Below, one piece after another: positions 1 to 11,268 of a stretch of DNA of 64,000 bases. Source of the DNA: Azolla caroliniana (Eukaryota > Plantae > Polypodiophyta). Numbering within the stretch: position 1 is the first letter of the stretch; every line of letters starts with the position of its first letter. The DNA lies in the NCBI GenBank assembly GCA_043228905.1, contig JBHGNT010000003.1:11532001-11596000 (forward strand), in the 5' to 3' direction. The position numbers and the translations under genes were made by a program. The notes beneath the pieces are model-generated. The model did no database searches and was not told the origin of the DNA. It saw only the letters and a program-made list of their open reading frames with translations.

Positions 1-312
1 TGTTTTGGGCAAGGACGAGGTGTTGTCGGACTAGGAACTGAGCTCTCTACTCCACTATCTATTGATCATCATTCTTTGCAGGTTTCAGAGTCGGTTGCCT
101 CTGCTTCGAGGAAAACCGAGCGCTCCTAGCAAAGGCTCCACTATGTGTGTGCATGGGCGTGTGACTGTTTGGGTTAGGTGTGTCGCCGGCTATCCGATTG
201 TAATATTGCAAGCATTGTAATCGTTATTGTTATTGTAATTGAATCTCCCGTTTTTGTTTATCTATGTTTCTGGGAGTTTCCCTTTTTCCCGCTTGTTCAA
301 GACGGTATACAC
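1..312 (+). repeat. Partial LTR-like sequence cut by the window edge
   Basis: Bases 1-62 are a near-exact reverse complement of about 2619-2680. The right boundary is approximate. Confidence 0.4.
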
Positions 313-366
313 ATTGGTGGTGTGATTCAGCCGGCACGTGTTGTCGGTTGCAAACAGGTCTAACGG

Positions 367-1089
367 TGTCGTAGTGTATTTCGTACACTACGTGAAAAAG
401 TAAAAATAATATAACCGATTTAATTACATATAAATAAATAAAATAAGAATATCAAGATATTTATCACGTGCATAGGGCAAGATTCAAACCTTGTACCTCC
501 ATGTAGCCAAACCTCAACTTTACCATTATGCTACCTTATCTTTAGTGTTCTACAAATAGATTTAATAACTATAAGTGCTTTATTTGCGCCTACCTTTATT
601 AAAAGGTAAATCATGCATTTTTAGAGTGCGTGAATATTTTATAGAAAAATGCAAGCGACTAAAAAGTGACTCATGCACATCTAGCATGAATGAGCACTAT
701 ATTTAGCAAATAAAAGCAAGGATTAGAAAAGCATCACATGCACATTTAGTGTGCATGAACATATTAGAAAAAGCATGTAGCTATGCTTAGTCTCTCCCAT
801 CACTATATAAGGATGGGGAGCACATTGTAGTTTTTGTTGATTATTTTTCTATAATGATCAATCAATCTAAAATATTCGTGGGATTCACGAATTTGCTAAA
901 ATAATTCTCTCTTACTACCTAAATATTGACTAAATATACTAAACTCGTGGGATTCACGAGATTTTTATCTTATAACTCTTTATACCTATTCTTTACTAGC
1001 CTTATTTGTATTTTTCTTTTCTCCTAGTCCAAAACCCCGGTGGTTCCCACCCGACTCACGCAAACGATCCGGAGCCGAAAGGCACGACA
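367..1089 (+). repeat. 5' LTR of a tRNA-Trp-primed gypsy-type element (element 1)
   Basis: Ends are TGTCGT...ACGACA (inverted). A 4-nt spacer, a PBS and a gag-like ORF follow. No partner LTR was found. Confidence 0.7.
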
Positions 1090-1093
1090 CAGT

Positions 1094-1111
1094 TGGTGAA
1101 CCCGACGTGAA
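1094..1111 (+). promoter_or_regulatory. Primer-binding site, tRNA-Trp
   Basis: TGGTGAACCCGACGTGAA is complementary to the plant tRNA-Trp 3' end (TTCACGTCGGGTTCACCA, recalled). The same motif occurs in element H. Confidence 0.8.
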
Positions 1112-2798
1112 GGCGGGTGGCAAGGAGATGGAGAATCAACAAGAGGCAATGAGCATAACGATGATGATGATGTTCGAGCGGATGCTACAAGAACAACGAG
1201 TGATGTCGGAGATCACGGGGGCAGTAAAGCGGCTCGTACAACGAAACAAACAATTCAACGGAAACGATGTGTCACGCTATCTATGTGACTACAAGGCGGA
1301 GATGATACGATGTGGGATACCGGAAGGATTGCAAGTGACATCCTTCAATCGGGTGGCCACGGATGAGCTACAAGAGAGAATCCACAAGATACGGCAACAA
1401 AACTCGACATGGGGGTCATTCGAAGAAGCTTTACGAGAGGCATATGATTACAAGAGATCGAAGGGACAAGATTGGCGAGAATTCGACGAATGGGTGGCAT
1501 CGGAGAAGACCCACCGAAGTGCAACACAAGCATTCCTAGAGTTCGAGCATCGTTTTGCTCGACTCTCGGAGCGGGAACAACGGTTGGTGGGGGAGGATAA
1601 AGTCCTAATGTTCGTAAAATCGATCGATCGAAAAGAAAGGATGGACATCGGGATCGAACTCGAAGACGATGAAGGTACGAATGGTCTTACCGAAGATTGG
1701 GCCGAAGTCCAAAGGGTATGCCGGAGACATGATGAGAGGAAGATGAGAATCTTGTCAACGACATGGCCGATGAAGGATGGTCGATTGAAGACAAACGATG
1801 GAGCCGATATGAAGGCCGAAATACAACATGATGGTCCGACGGAAGAGGGTGTAAAACAAGCTACCCTCTTGTCTTGCGAAAGAACAACGACAAAGGATAA
1901 GGCCGATAACCCAAGTGTAGAAGAAGATTTCGGAATACAAGTGTCCGAAACATCGGGTGAAAAAGGGGTAAGCATAATTGATGTTTGCATAATTGATGCA
2001 GTGAAAGAGAGCAAGGAGGACTTGATTGAGGAGGTCACCAAGAAAGATGACATCGAATCGAAGGTGGCTATGGACGAATCAATGGCGGATGGCCATATCG
2101 AGATTTCTCCACCACTGATTCCAGAGACTCCGGTGGTTGCGTTCGAAAGGCAACGTGAGACCGAAGAGACGGAAGGTGGTGGAGAGAAAACAAAGGTCGA
2201 AGCCGATTCATACGACGGAGAGATAGCCGAGAAGGAGGCTATGGTTGAAATGACAGAGGATGATAATACCGAGGATTCCTACCCACTAATTCTAGAGACT
2301 TCGGCGGTTGTGTCCGAGAACCAACGTGAGACCGGAGAGACGGGAGGTGGCAGCAAGAAAGGTAAAGTCGGAAGCCGGTTTGGATGGAAGGTGATCCGGA
2401 CGGGATTCCGATCCGAAAGAAAGCCGAACCGGGTAAAAGAGGATTCGACCAAAAGTCGACCCGAAAGAAAGCCGAACCGAAAGGAAGAGAATTCGGCCGA
2501 AAGACGACAACGGGCCTTACACGTGCACGCTTCTCATTCCTCTTGTTTCTCTTGCTCCTCGGTTCAGGGCCCCTGTGGTCCCGCCTTATTTTCCCACGCG
2601 AAAGCGAAACAACACGACATAGATAGTGGAGTAGAGAGCACGGTCCCTATCCGACAACACCTTGTCCTTGCCCAAAATGCGATACCTCTCTTAGCCTTCT
2701 CCCCTCCCTTTTATAGGCCCTGGGGACAGACCGTTATACCCTGGTTACATCCTCTTTATTTCTGTCACTTCAGACAAAGATACACTACGATTTCCTAA
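1107..2798 (+). CDS. gag: Gag-like ORF with an acidic extension and no pol; likely start ATG at 1128
   Basis: FNGNDVSRYL motif. LMFVKSIDRKE..GLTEDWAEVQRVC aligns with the H gag remnant LLFIKSVDSLN..GLVTDLAVVKSVC. The C-terminal part reads through unrelated repeat sequence. Confidence 0.6.
   Translation: MKAGGKEMENQQEAMSITMMMMFERMLQEQRVMSEITGAVKRLVQRNKQFNGNDVSRYLCDYKAEMIRCGIPEGLQVTSFNRVATDELQERIHKIRQQNSTWGSFEEALREAYDYKRSKGQDWREFDEWVASEKTHRSATQAFLEFEHRFARLSEREQRLVGEDKVLMFVKSIDRKERMDIGIELEDDEGTNGLTEDWAEVQRVCRRHDERKMRILSTTWPMKDGRLKTNDGADMKAEIQHDGPTEEGVKQATLLSCERTTTKDKADNPSVEEDFGIQVSETSGEKGVSIIDVCIIDAVKESKEDLIEEVTKKDDIESKVAMDESMADGHIEISPPLIPETPVVAFERQRETEETEGGGEKTKVEADSYDGEIAEKEAMVEMTEDDNTEDSYPLILETSAVVSENQRETGETGGGSKKGKVGSRFGWKVIRTGFRSERKPNRVKEDSTKSRPERKPNRKEENSAERRQRALHVHASHSSCFSCSSVQGPCGPALFSHAKAKQHDIDSGVESTVPIRQHLVLAQNAIPLLAFSPPFYRPWGQTVIPWLHPLYFCHFRQRYTTIS
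2619..2790 (-). repeat. Inverted LTR fragment of the same family as bases 1-62
   Basis: Reverse-complement match to the window start. On the minus strand it begins TCGTAGTGTA, like the LTR at 367. Confidence 0.55.
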
Positions 2799-4582
2799 AC
2801 AATAAATGTATACTACCTAGTATCCTCACACCCACCGAAATGCTCCTAAGTATGTACAAGTTATTAAATAACGTGCCCACATGTAAGGGCCAATTCATGC
2901 ACATATTTCCCTGATTCCTCCTAGGGGCGGTTTTCTCCACGATAGCGTTTGAGGAACCGTGGGGCAAAGATGGTTGTAGACGAAAATGCTCATAACTTCT
3001 CGCCACAATAACAGAATTCACTAAATGAACATTCCGTAGAAATCTCTCGGAAAGAGCTTCCCAATTATCTATAGAACGTAGAAAACGATGGCCGGGGTCA
3101 AAGAGGCGCACAGATAGATAGATTATATTATTGTCTTCGGAGGTCAAATATGTCCTATGAGACCAAAAATATTATATTTCACGTGATACGTGTGAAAGTG
3201 AGTAGCGACTCTCGATGTTCAAGAACTTTACCAATGAATGTTGGAATTGAGAATGCAAATTGTGGTCGTGAGCGGAATTCATGCAAGGATTGGGCTCGGT
3301 CGAAGAGATGTGGAAAGCATGGTCGAATATAATCAAAGACAGAGTATTGAATCAAAGTGTGATACTTAGACTCGCGAACTTGTTTAGGGAAAAGTGTGCA
3401 TATCCGACCACTCTCCTCACTTTCGCCCCAACGCCATGTCTCACATCGCAATGCATGTGAGCTAAGTCGCATGGAAACAATGGTTCGAATGGCAGATAAC
3501 GGTATGGGCTCTAACATGTATCGATGTGTACGGTTTCCTCATTCCGCAAAGAATATGGTTTTGTAATTAGGTGCACCATGTGTAGTATAATGTGTGAAGC
3601 GTGACCCTCCACATTTTCCCCATGTCATGATACATTGACATTGCAAAAAGGCCTCAATTATAGAGGAATCTAGTGATGCATTATGAAGCAAATGTCTCAC
3701 ATCCCATCTACCAAACCATTTTTCTATATCTTACGTCCAACTAGAACACAAAATTTTGCTTTTATGGGTCTTTTGGATCTTTTTTCTTGCTTCCCATGCA
3801 ATTCTAGGAAGTCGATGTGAGGGATTTTTTTGAACCTTAAGCATGTATTCAACAACCCTTTCCATGGCCATGATCTCAATGGGAAGTGATCCTGTCAGGA
3901 GGGTGTAGGGCGTTTCTTTCTTAACTTGTAGAAACTTTCTAAGAAAATGTTTTTGGACATTTTCAAACGCTTTCCACATAGATTTACGGATGCTACCGCC
4001 CCATACTTCCACCCCATAGAGAAGAACCGGTGTCACCAAAGTGTCAAAAAGATATTTCTTGAGGACCCAACACTTAATATCTCCAAGATGGCATGTGTTC
4101 TCAAATGCATAGTGGCTCGCTTACCCGCCTCTAAGCGGCATGTAGCACATTCATTCCATCTATGATTTGAAGGAACATCAAGGCCAAGATATTTGAAGCT
4201 TTCCACACATTAAGGTGGCTCATTGTTGTACATAATGCATGGTGTATCTCATTTTTGGCGCTTCACAAGCATAATCTTTGACAATTAATTTAGTATGCAT
4301 GCAAAAAATTTCCAATGCCTTTATAAGATTTTGTGCATCTCCTAAAGTATTTGCAGAAAGCACTACATCATCTTCATATAATAAAAGCATAATCACAACA
4401 TTCCCAATGGCAACTTCTTCAACACAATGTCATTCTTCCTTTACAAACTTGGTAACCATTTCTTCCAATTCATCAATGCATAGAACAAATAGGGTTGGTG
4501 AGAGTGGGCATCCTTGCTTAACACCAATAGTGCTTTTGAAAAAATCGGAAAGTTTATCTCTCATATGCACACAACATATAAC

Positions 4583-5026
4583 TGTCATGAACACATGACC
4601 ATTATGGCGTCACCCGGACTTGAACCTCGAACCTTGTAATCCATACTTGAAAACCTCAACCATTAAGATAGCTTATTGTTATATGAAACAATAAAAGCTA
4701 CTTCTTATATTACATTGATTATTGTAAAAACTCTAGATTATTCTAGAATGTTCTAGAATGTCCTAGAGCATTCTAGGTCTAGAACATTCTAGAACATTCT
4801 AGAAATCTCTAAGCTATTCTATAGGAACCTATAAATAAGGGCATACATGTATTCTCAAATCAATTCGAACCAACACCAGTCTTTAGCTCTCATTATATAT
4901 CTTGTATCCATTCTCTTTCTTTCTCTATCTTATACATCCATTCTTCTCTTAGTATTTCGTTCCTTTCTTCTCGTGTTCTCTAATATCCTTCTTCCATCAC
5001 TCTATCTTTTATCCTTGGTTCTGACA
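4583..5026 (+). repeat. 5' LTR of A
   Basis: Direct repeat of 9863-10303 with about 6 transitions counted by eye. TATAAATA at 4830. Confidence 0.95.
4741..4804 (+). promoter_or_regulatory. Heat-shock-element (nGAAn inverted repeat) cluster in the LTR U3 region
   Basis: TTCtaGAAtgTTCtaGAA (4741-4758) and GAAcaTTCtaGAAcaTTCtaGAA (4782-4804), about 25 nt upstream of the TATA box. Confidence 0.7.
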
Positions 5027-5035
5027 GTTTGATGC

Positions 5036-5040
<5 letters not shown>

Positions 5041-5074
<34 letters not shown>
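5041..5074. repeat. (CT)n microsatellite in the leader of A
   Basis: About 17 CT units directly after the primer-site region. Confidence 0.9.
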
Positions 5075-5077
<3 letters not shown>

Positions 5078-5102
5078 CCTCCTTTGTAACCATCCTGAAA
5101 CC

Positions 5103-6266
5103 ATGGCTGTCATTAACTCAGAAGAATATCTCACCCTTGTTGCAGAAATGGAGAACCTTAAATTAAAGTTCGCATCTCTTGAAGTGGAGAATCAACGTCT
5201 ACTTGGGGATCTACAAAAGGTTACTATAGAGAAGCAACAACAACAAGAGGAGTGCACGCGACGAGTGCAACAGTTAGAGTCGACAATGGTTGTGTTACAA
5301 CAACAAATGGTTTAAGGTCAGGGACTTATCAAGGAGCCCAAAATTAGCCTCCCAGCTAAATTTGATGGGTCGAGGGCGCATTTCCGAGGTTTTTTGAATC
5401 AAGTACGGTTGGTGATTCAAATGCATCCCGCACGTTATCCAACAGATGCATCACGAGTCGAGCTAGTGGGAACTTTATTGACTGGCATAACATTGTTGTG
5501 GTTTGCTCCATTGCTAGAGACCAATTCTCCTCTACTGAATAATTACGAGGAATTTATCAAAGAATTTAAGGCTTGTTTCGGAGTTACTAATGGGGCGAGA
5601 ACAACTATCAACAAGATTCATACACTTCATCAAGGTGATCAACCAACTTCAACATATGCTGCCAATTTCCGTCTCATCGCAAGCGATATTCCTTGGGATG
5701 AACAAGCCCTAATGGAGCAATTTCATTCAGGCCTTCGTAGTGATGTCAAAGACTTACTTCTTACCTTCCCTGAGGATCCAAGGTCACTTACAGAAGCTAT
5801 TAGTCGAGCAATACGGTGTGATAATCGCCTTTTTGAGCGACGATGTGAGCGACAACAACAAATAACAAGATCAAGATTCACACCAACTTATGCATCAGTA
5901 ACGGCGCAATCATCCCCAAGGCAAATGTATAGCCCTGCTCCAACTCCAAGGCAAACACGTAGTCCAGTCCCAATGGATAGTCCTACACGCATGGAGATCG
6001 ATATGACTCAACGACGAGGACCGTTGTCAGACGAAGAGAAGCAACGTCGTCGAGCAAACCATCTGTGCTTATATTGTGGAGGTCCAGGACATATAGCCAT
6101 TCATTGCTCCCGTAGGCCGAGACGTTAGGTAAATCAAATTCACTATGACAATAAAAATGAGTCCAACATTTTAGAAGTAGTTAGTGAATCTAATATTATG
6201 AATAATCCACCGTTGTCCAATAAATTTGAAGTCCTAAGCCAATTAGAAGAGGAGTCAAACGAATAA
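5103..6266 (+). pseudogene. gag: gag of A with two premature stops
   Basis: PKISLPAKFDG, retrotrans-gag core, MEID..RGPLSDEEKQRRR and CLYCGGPGHIAIHC knuckle. Stops at 5313 and 6126 look like C>T changes. Confidence 0.9.
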
Positions 6267-6292
6267 GTCCGGCCAAAATAGGAGCCATTTGG

Positions 6293-9200
6293 TTGGACAA
6301 CCCTAGATATGTACAACCTAGTGTGGGTTCCATTACTTCCAAGCATGTTAGTAGAGTCTTCTCAGGCCCAGTACAAGTTAGGACACCCAGTTGTCAACTT
6401 CAAGTCCAAGCCCTCTTAGATACTGGAGCCAATTCTTGTTTCATGGATAGAGATTTTGCCCAAAAACACCAAATATCCTTGCATACACTTCCTTGTCCAG
6501 TTTCCGTAGTAGTGATTGATGGACGCCCCATAGCTTCTGGGAAGATATTTGAAGAGTCTGAGCCAATACACATACTCTTGGGTGATTTCGGATGTGTAGT
6601 TTCCTTTAACATAATCCGTAGTCCTGAGCATACAATTGTCCTCGGTTTGCCATGGTTCGAGCTACATAATCCTAGAATCGATTGGAGGAAGCGAGAAATT
6701 AGGTGCCCTTTAGCAGAAAATATCATTGTCAAGGATCGAACTCGGGATTATCCTCCCAAAGTATATAGTTCTACCGATGCACCATATCCTTCTCCTCAAA
6801 TTTCAGCCATCACATTGCAACAATTGCGCCAAGTGGGAGGCAAGGAGGACCTTTTCTTATTTGCAGTATCAGTGACACCTTCTAGTGTCACTCAAGGGAA
6901 TTCAGACATCCAAATTCCCAAAAAATATCAAGACTATGCTGATGTTTTCGACAAAGTCAAAGCTAGTGTTCTTCCAAAGCATCGGCTGTACGACTGTCCT
7001 ATTGATCTCCAACCAGGAAAAGAGCCACCGTGGGGTCCGATTTACAATTTATCACCCAGTGAGCTTGAGGTTCTTTGAGAATACATCGAGGAAAATCTTG
7101 CACATGGGTTTATTCGACATTCAAAGTCTCCAGCTGGTGCTCCTATCTTTTTTGTGAAGAAAAAGGACGACTCCCTTCGTTTGGTCGTGGACTATCGATG
7201 CTTAAATAAAGTCACCATAAGGAATAGGTATGCTTTACCTTTAATCTTCAATCTCTTAGAATGCATTGGTGGGGCAAAGCATTTTACCAAAATTGATCTA
7301 AGGGGTGCATATAATCTTGTTCGAATTCGGTCGGGAGATGAGTGGAAAACAACATTTCGTACTTGGTATGGTCATTTCGAGTATACAGTCATGCCTTTCG
7401 GCTCACAAATGCACCTGCCGTATTCCAACATATGGCAAATGACATCTTCCGGGATTTCTTGGATATTTTTCTAATCATCTACCTAGATGATCTATTGATT
7501 TACTCTAAAACACAGGGGGAGCATGATATACATGTGCGGCAAGTACTTGAACGCCTAAGGAAGTATGGTCTTTATGCCAAACTTGAGAAATGCAGTTTTG
7601 ATTGCAAACAAGTCGAATTTTTGGGATACACTATTTCCTCCCATGGTGTTTTCATGGACCCGGCAAAAGTCCAAACAATATTGGAATGGAAACCCCCATG
7701 CTTAGTTCGGGATGTCCAGTGTTTCCTCGGATTTGCGAACTTCTATCGCAAATTCATACATAATTATTCAAGCATTGTGTTGCCCCTTACTCAACTCACC
7801 AAGAAAAATCAAGCATTTTTTTGGAGTATCAAAGCGGACAAGGCTTTTACGCAGCTAAAAGAGGCATTCACATCAGCACCCATCCTAGCACATATTGATC
7901 CTGAAAAGCCATTTACTATTGAGGCGGATGCATCAGACTTTGCATTGGGGAGTATCCTATCGCAACCAGGCGAGGACGGGCATATACATCCAGTCACGTT
8001 TCACTCGAGAAAATTTACAATTTCAGAGATAAACTATGAGGTGCATGACAAGGAGTTACTAGCTGTGGTCGACTCATTCGAGCAATGGCGTCATTTTCTA
8101 GAAGGATCACCTCATCAGATTATCATTTATAGTGATCACAAAAATCTCACATATTTTCAAACAGCTCGAGTATTAAATAGACGACAAGCTCGGTGGGCCC
8201 AATTTCTAACGCGTTTCGATTTCAAGATCATTTTTCGCCCCGGAAAACAACAAGGGAAAGCAGATGCTCTGTCTCGGCGTTCGTATCTAGCACTTCGACC
8301 TGGAGATCCAGCCTTTGACAATCAAAAGCAAACTCTCCTCAGGCCATCAAAGCTACAGGTAACAACAATTTATGCCACACCACTTGATTCTACCCTTCTT
8401 TACACTATTCGGCAACAACTTCATTCGGATGATTTTGCTAAGGATGTCTTAGCCCACTGTGGTTCAAGTCATCCATCTTGCTCCACATTGCCAGGGTCAT
8501 CTCAACATTATCAGGACTTCAAGTGGCAAGATGGTTTACTCTTCTACAAGAATCTCCTTTACGTCCCCGACGGATCACCCCGACTTCAAGTGTTGGAACA
8601 TTGTCATGATGCCCCCATGGCTGGACATTTTGGTATTTCCAAGACCATTGAGCTGGTGAAACATTCGTTTTGGTGGCCTCACTTGCAAAAATTTGTCAAA
8701 GATTATGTTCACACTTGTGACACCTGCTGTCGCGCCAAAATACCTCGGCATCACCCTTATGGCTTACTACAACCATTACCCCCTCCCAACAAGCCATGGC
8801 AGTCTATTTCTATGGATTTCATTATGGATCTGCCACCTTCCAAAGGCTTTGATACTATTTTAACAGTAGTGGATCGGTTCACCAAGATGGCACATTTTGT
8901 ACCATGTGTAAAGACCATCAATAGTGAAGAAACTGCAGATCTCATTATGCGTGAAGTGTTTTGCCATCATGGTCTCCCGAATGATATTATTAGCGATCGA
9001 GGTCCTCAATTGATCTCACACTTTTGCAAGCACCTATGGGCAGGCCTCAAAATCTCTTGCAAACTCTCCACAAACTGACGGACAAACAGAGTGCACAAAT
9101 CAAACGCTCGAGCAATATCTTCAATGTTTCATTAGTTATCAACAAGATGATTGTAGTAATATTTTACATCTTGCCGAGTTTGCATACAACAACACGGTCC

Positions 9201-9867
9201 ACTCTTCTACCAAATTTACACCTTTCTTTGCCTACACCGGCAACCACCCTCGATGGTGTATACTGGATCTTCCCGAAGTGTCACGAAACCCTAGTGCGGC
9301 GCATCACCTCCACCGACTACAACAAATCCAGTTCGAGTTATCGTCCCATCTTCAGAAAGCGCAAGCACACCATAAGACCAATGCAGATCGACATCGTCTT
9401 AAGTCTCCGTTTAAGGTTGGTGACCATGTATGGTTGCTTCGTCGTCACATCAAGACTACCCAACCGTGTGCTAAGCTTGACTATCAACGCTTAGGTCCTT
9501 TTGTCATCACGGCGCAGATTAATGATGCAACATTTCGTCTTAACCTTCCTTCACATATGCGGCTTCACCCTGTCTTTCATAGCTCTCTTTTGGAACCTTG
9601 CGCACCTCTTTAATTCCTAATCGTGTCGTGCCACCACCGCCTTCTGTACAACTTGTGGACGGCCCCGAATACAAGGTAGTTGCTATTCTCGATTCTAAGA
9701 TTGTGCGCAATAACCTTTATTATCTAGTTGATTGGCTTGGTTATCCACCGAGTGATCGCACTTGGGAACCCATCGATAACGTTTATAATGTTGAAGCTCT
9801 GGTCAACGACTTCCATCGTCACTATCCAAACAAGCCCGGCCCAACAATGTTAACGCCGAACACATGA
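6293..9867 (+). pseudogene. pol: pol of A (PR-RT-RNaseH-INT-chromodomain) with stops and frameshifts
   Basis: LLDTGA, YLDD, EADASDFALG, HCHD..AGH..CDTC, ISMDFI, SDRG and chromodomain EYKVVAILDS..YYLVDWLGYPPSDRTWEP. Confidence 0.93.
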
Positions 9868-10303
9868 ACACATGACCATTATGACGTCACCTGGACTTGA
9901 ACCTCGAACCTTGTAATCCATACTTGAAAACCTCAACCATTAAGATAGCTTATTGTTATATGAAACAATAAAAGCTACTTCTTGTATTACATTGATTATT
10001 GTAAAAACTCTAGATTATTCTAGAATGTTCTAGAATGTCCTAGAGCATTCTAGGTCTAGAACATTCTAGAACATTCTAGAAATCTCTAAGCTATTTTATA
10101 GGAACCTATAAATAAGGGCATACATGTATTCTCAAATCAATTCAAATCAACACCAGTCTTTAGCTCTCATTATATATCTTGTATCCATTCTCTTTCTTTC
10201 TCTATCTTATACATCCATTCTTCTCTTAGTATTTCGTTCCTTTCTTCTCGTGTTCTCTAATATCCTTCTTCCATCACTCTATCTTTTATCCTTGGTTCTG
10301 ACA
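9863..10303 (+). repeat. 3' LTR of A; first 3 nt and PPT missing
   Basis: Matches the 5' LTR from position 4586 onward. Confidence 0.93.
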
Positions 10304-11268
10304 ATAACCTTCTCATAAATTCGGGAAATTGCAGGCATGTATTCACTTGGCACCTCAAGTTCTTCCATTCGCCTCCAAAGATGCTCACGAGGTACCATAT
10401 CAAAAGCTTTCTTGAACTCTAGAAACCAACAATATAAACCTTCACCTCTAAGGAGATTTTCCTCCTTTAATACTCGAAGGGTGACAAGGTGATCAATGGT
10501 GCGATGGTGTTTTCGAAAGCCAACTTCTCCATAAGCTCTCTTACCATTTTTTTAAGCCCATACACTTATCTTTGATTCCATTATACATCCAAATAGTTTT
10601 GCCATTAATGAGCCAACCATGATGGTTCGATAGTTGTTTACATTATTTATATCTCCACCTTTATGTAAAGTTTTGATCCAATTTGTAGTCCAATGGTACG
10701 GCATACCATGTTTCAATGCATCAATAAACATATCGCTTATCCATACATGTGCTTCCTTTCCCTTCCATTTGAGCATTTTAGCCTTTATACATTGAAGATC
10801 GCTTGTCTTTTGAGAGGCCAATTTCTTAAGTCCTATACATATATCTTCAATTGTAAAGAAGAGAGAGAGAGAGAGAGAGAAAGCGACGACATTCCAAGAA
10901 TAGTGTTGAAACATGTTTCTGATGTAACTTTGTACTCAAAACTCCCTTTGTTATGATTTTTGGCTCGTTGCGAAGCTCCTCCAATTTTGGACGTTAAGTA
11001 TCGTTATCGGTACAAGACGCTACAAGAAAAAATTTCATCTTGTAAGGTTAGTTCTCTCAATCACTATTAGGATGGCTAACACAACAACATGAAGTGAGTT
11101 GATGATTGTTGATGGATTTGGTAGTAATGATGGTTGTGAAATTACAAGAGGCAAAAGTGTATCGATTCTACAGAACATGAGAAAACATCATATGTTGTTA
11201 TTCTTGGTGGGAAACATGTTATTGGAGATGATTATAATATTGATAGTCGTCGTAATTTTGTTAAGGCT

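Larger units (their letters stand above)
4583..10303 (+). mobile_element. Ty3/gypsy chromovirus A (Tcn1/Tf1-Sushi-like), full length but decayed
   Basis: TGTCA...TGACA ends, TSD ATAAC (4578-4582 and 10304-10308), paired LTRs, and gag-PR-RT-RH-INT-chromodomain order. Confidence 0.95.
3179..10914 (-). pseudogene. Decayed non-LTR retrotransposon (LINE) RT ORF, split by element A
   Basis: NNYRTIMVGSLMAKLF (about 10600), KKAFDMV (about 10400), VKQGCPLSPTLF (about 4500), PVLLYGVEVWG and a C-terminal SSHALRCETWRW. It is contiguous across the ATAAC TSD. Confidence 0.85.

Noticed and set aside
876-960. Twin palindromes TCGTGGGATTCACGA in the LTR at 367-1089
   Set aside because: They are real, but with only two copies in a single LTR there is no comparative support for function.
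4847-5032. Duplicated hydrophobic ORFs (also 10124-10318) and similar paired ORFs in the J and E LTRs
   Set aside because: They are translations of pyrimidine-rich LTR sequence, duplicated only because LTRs are.
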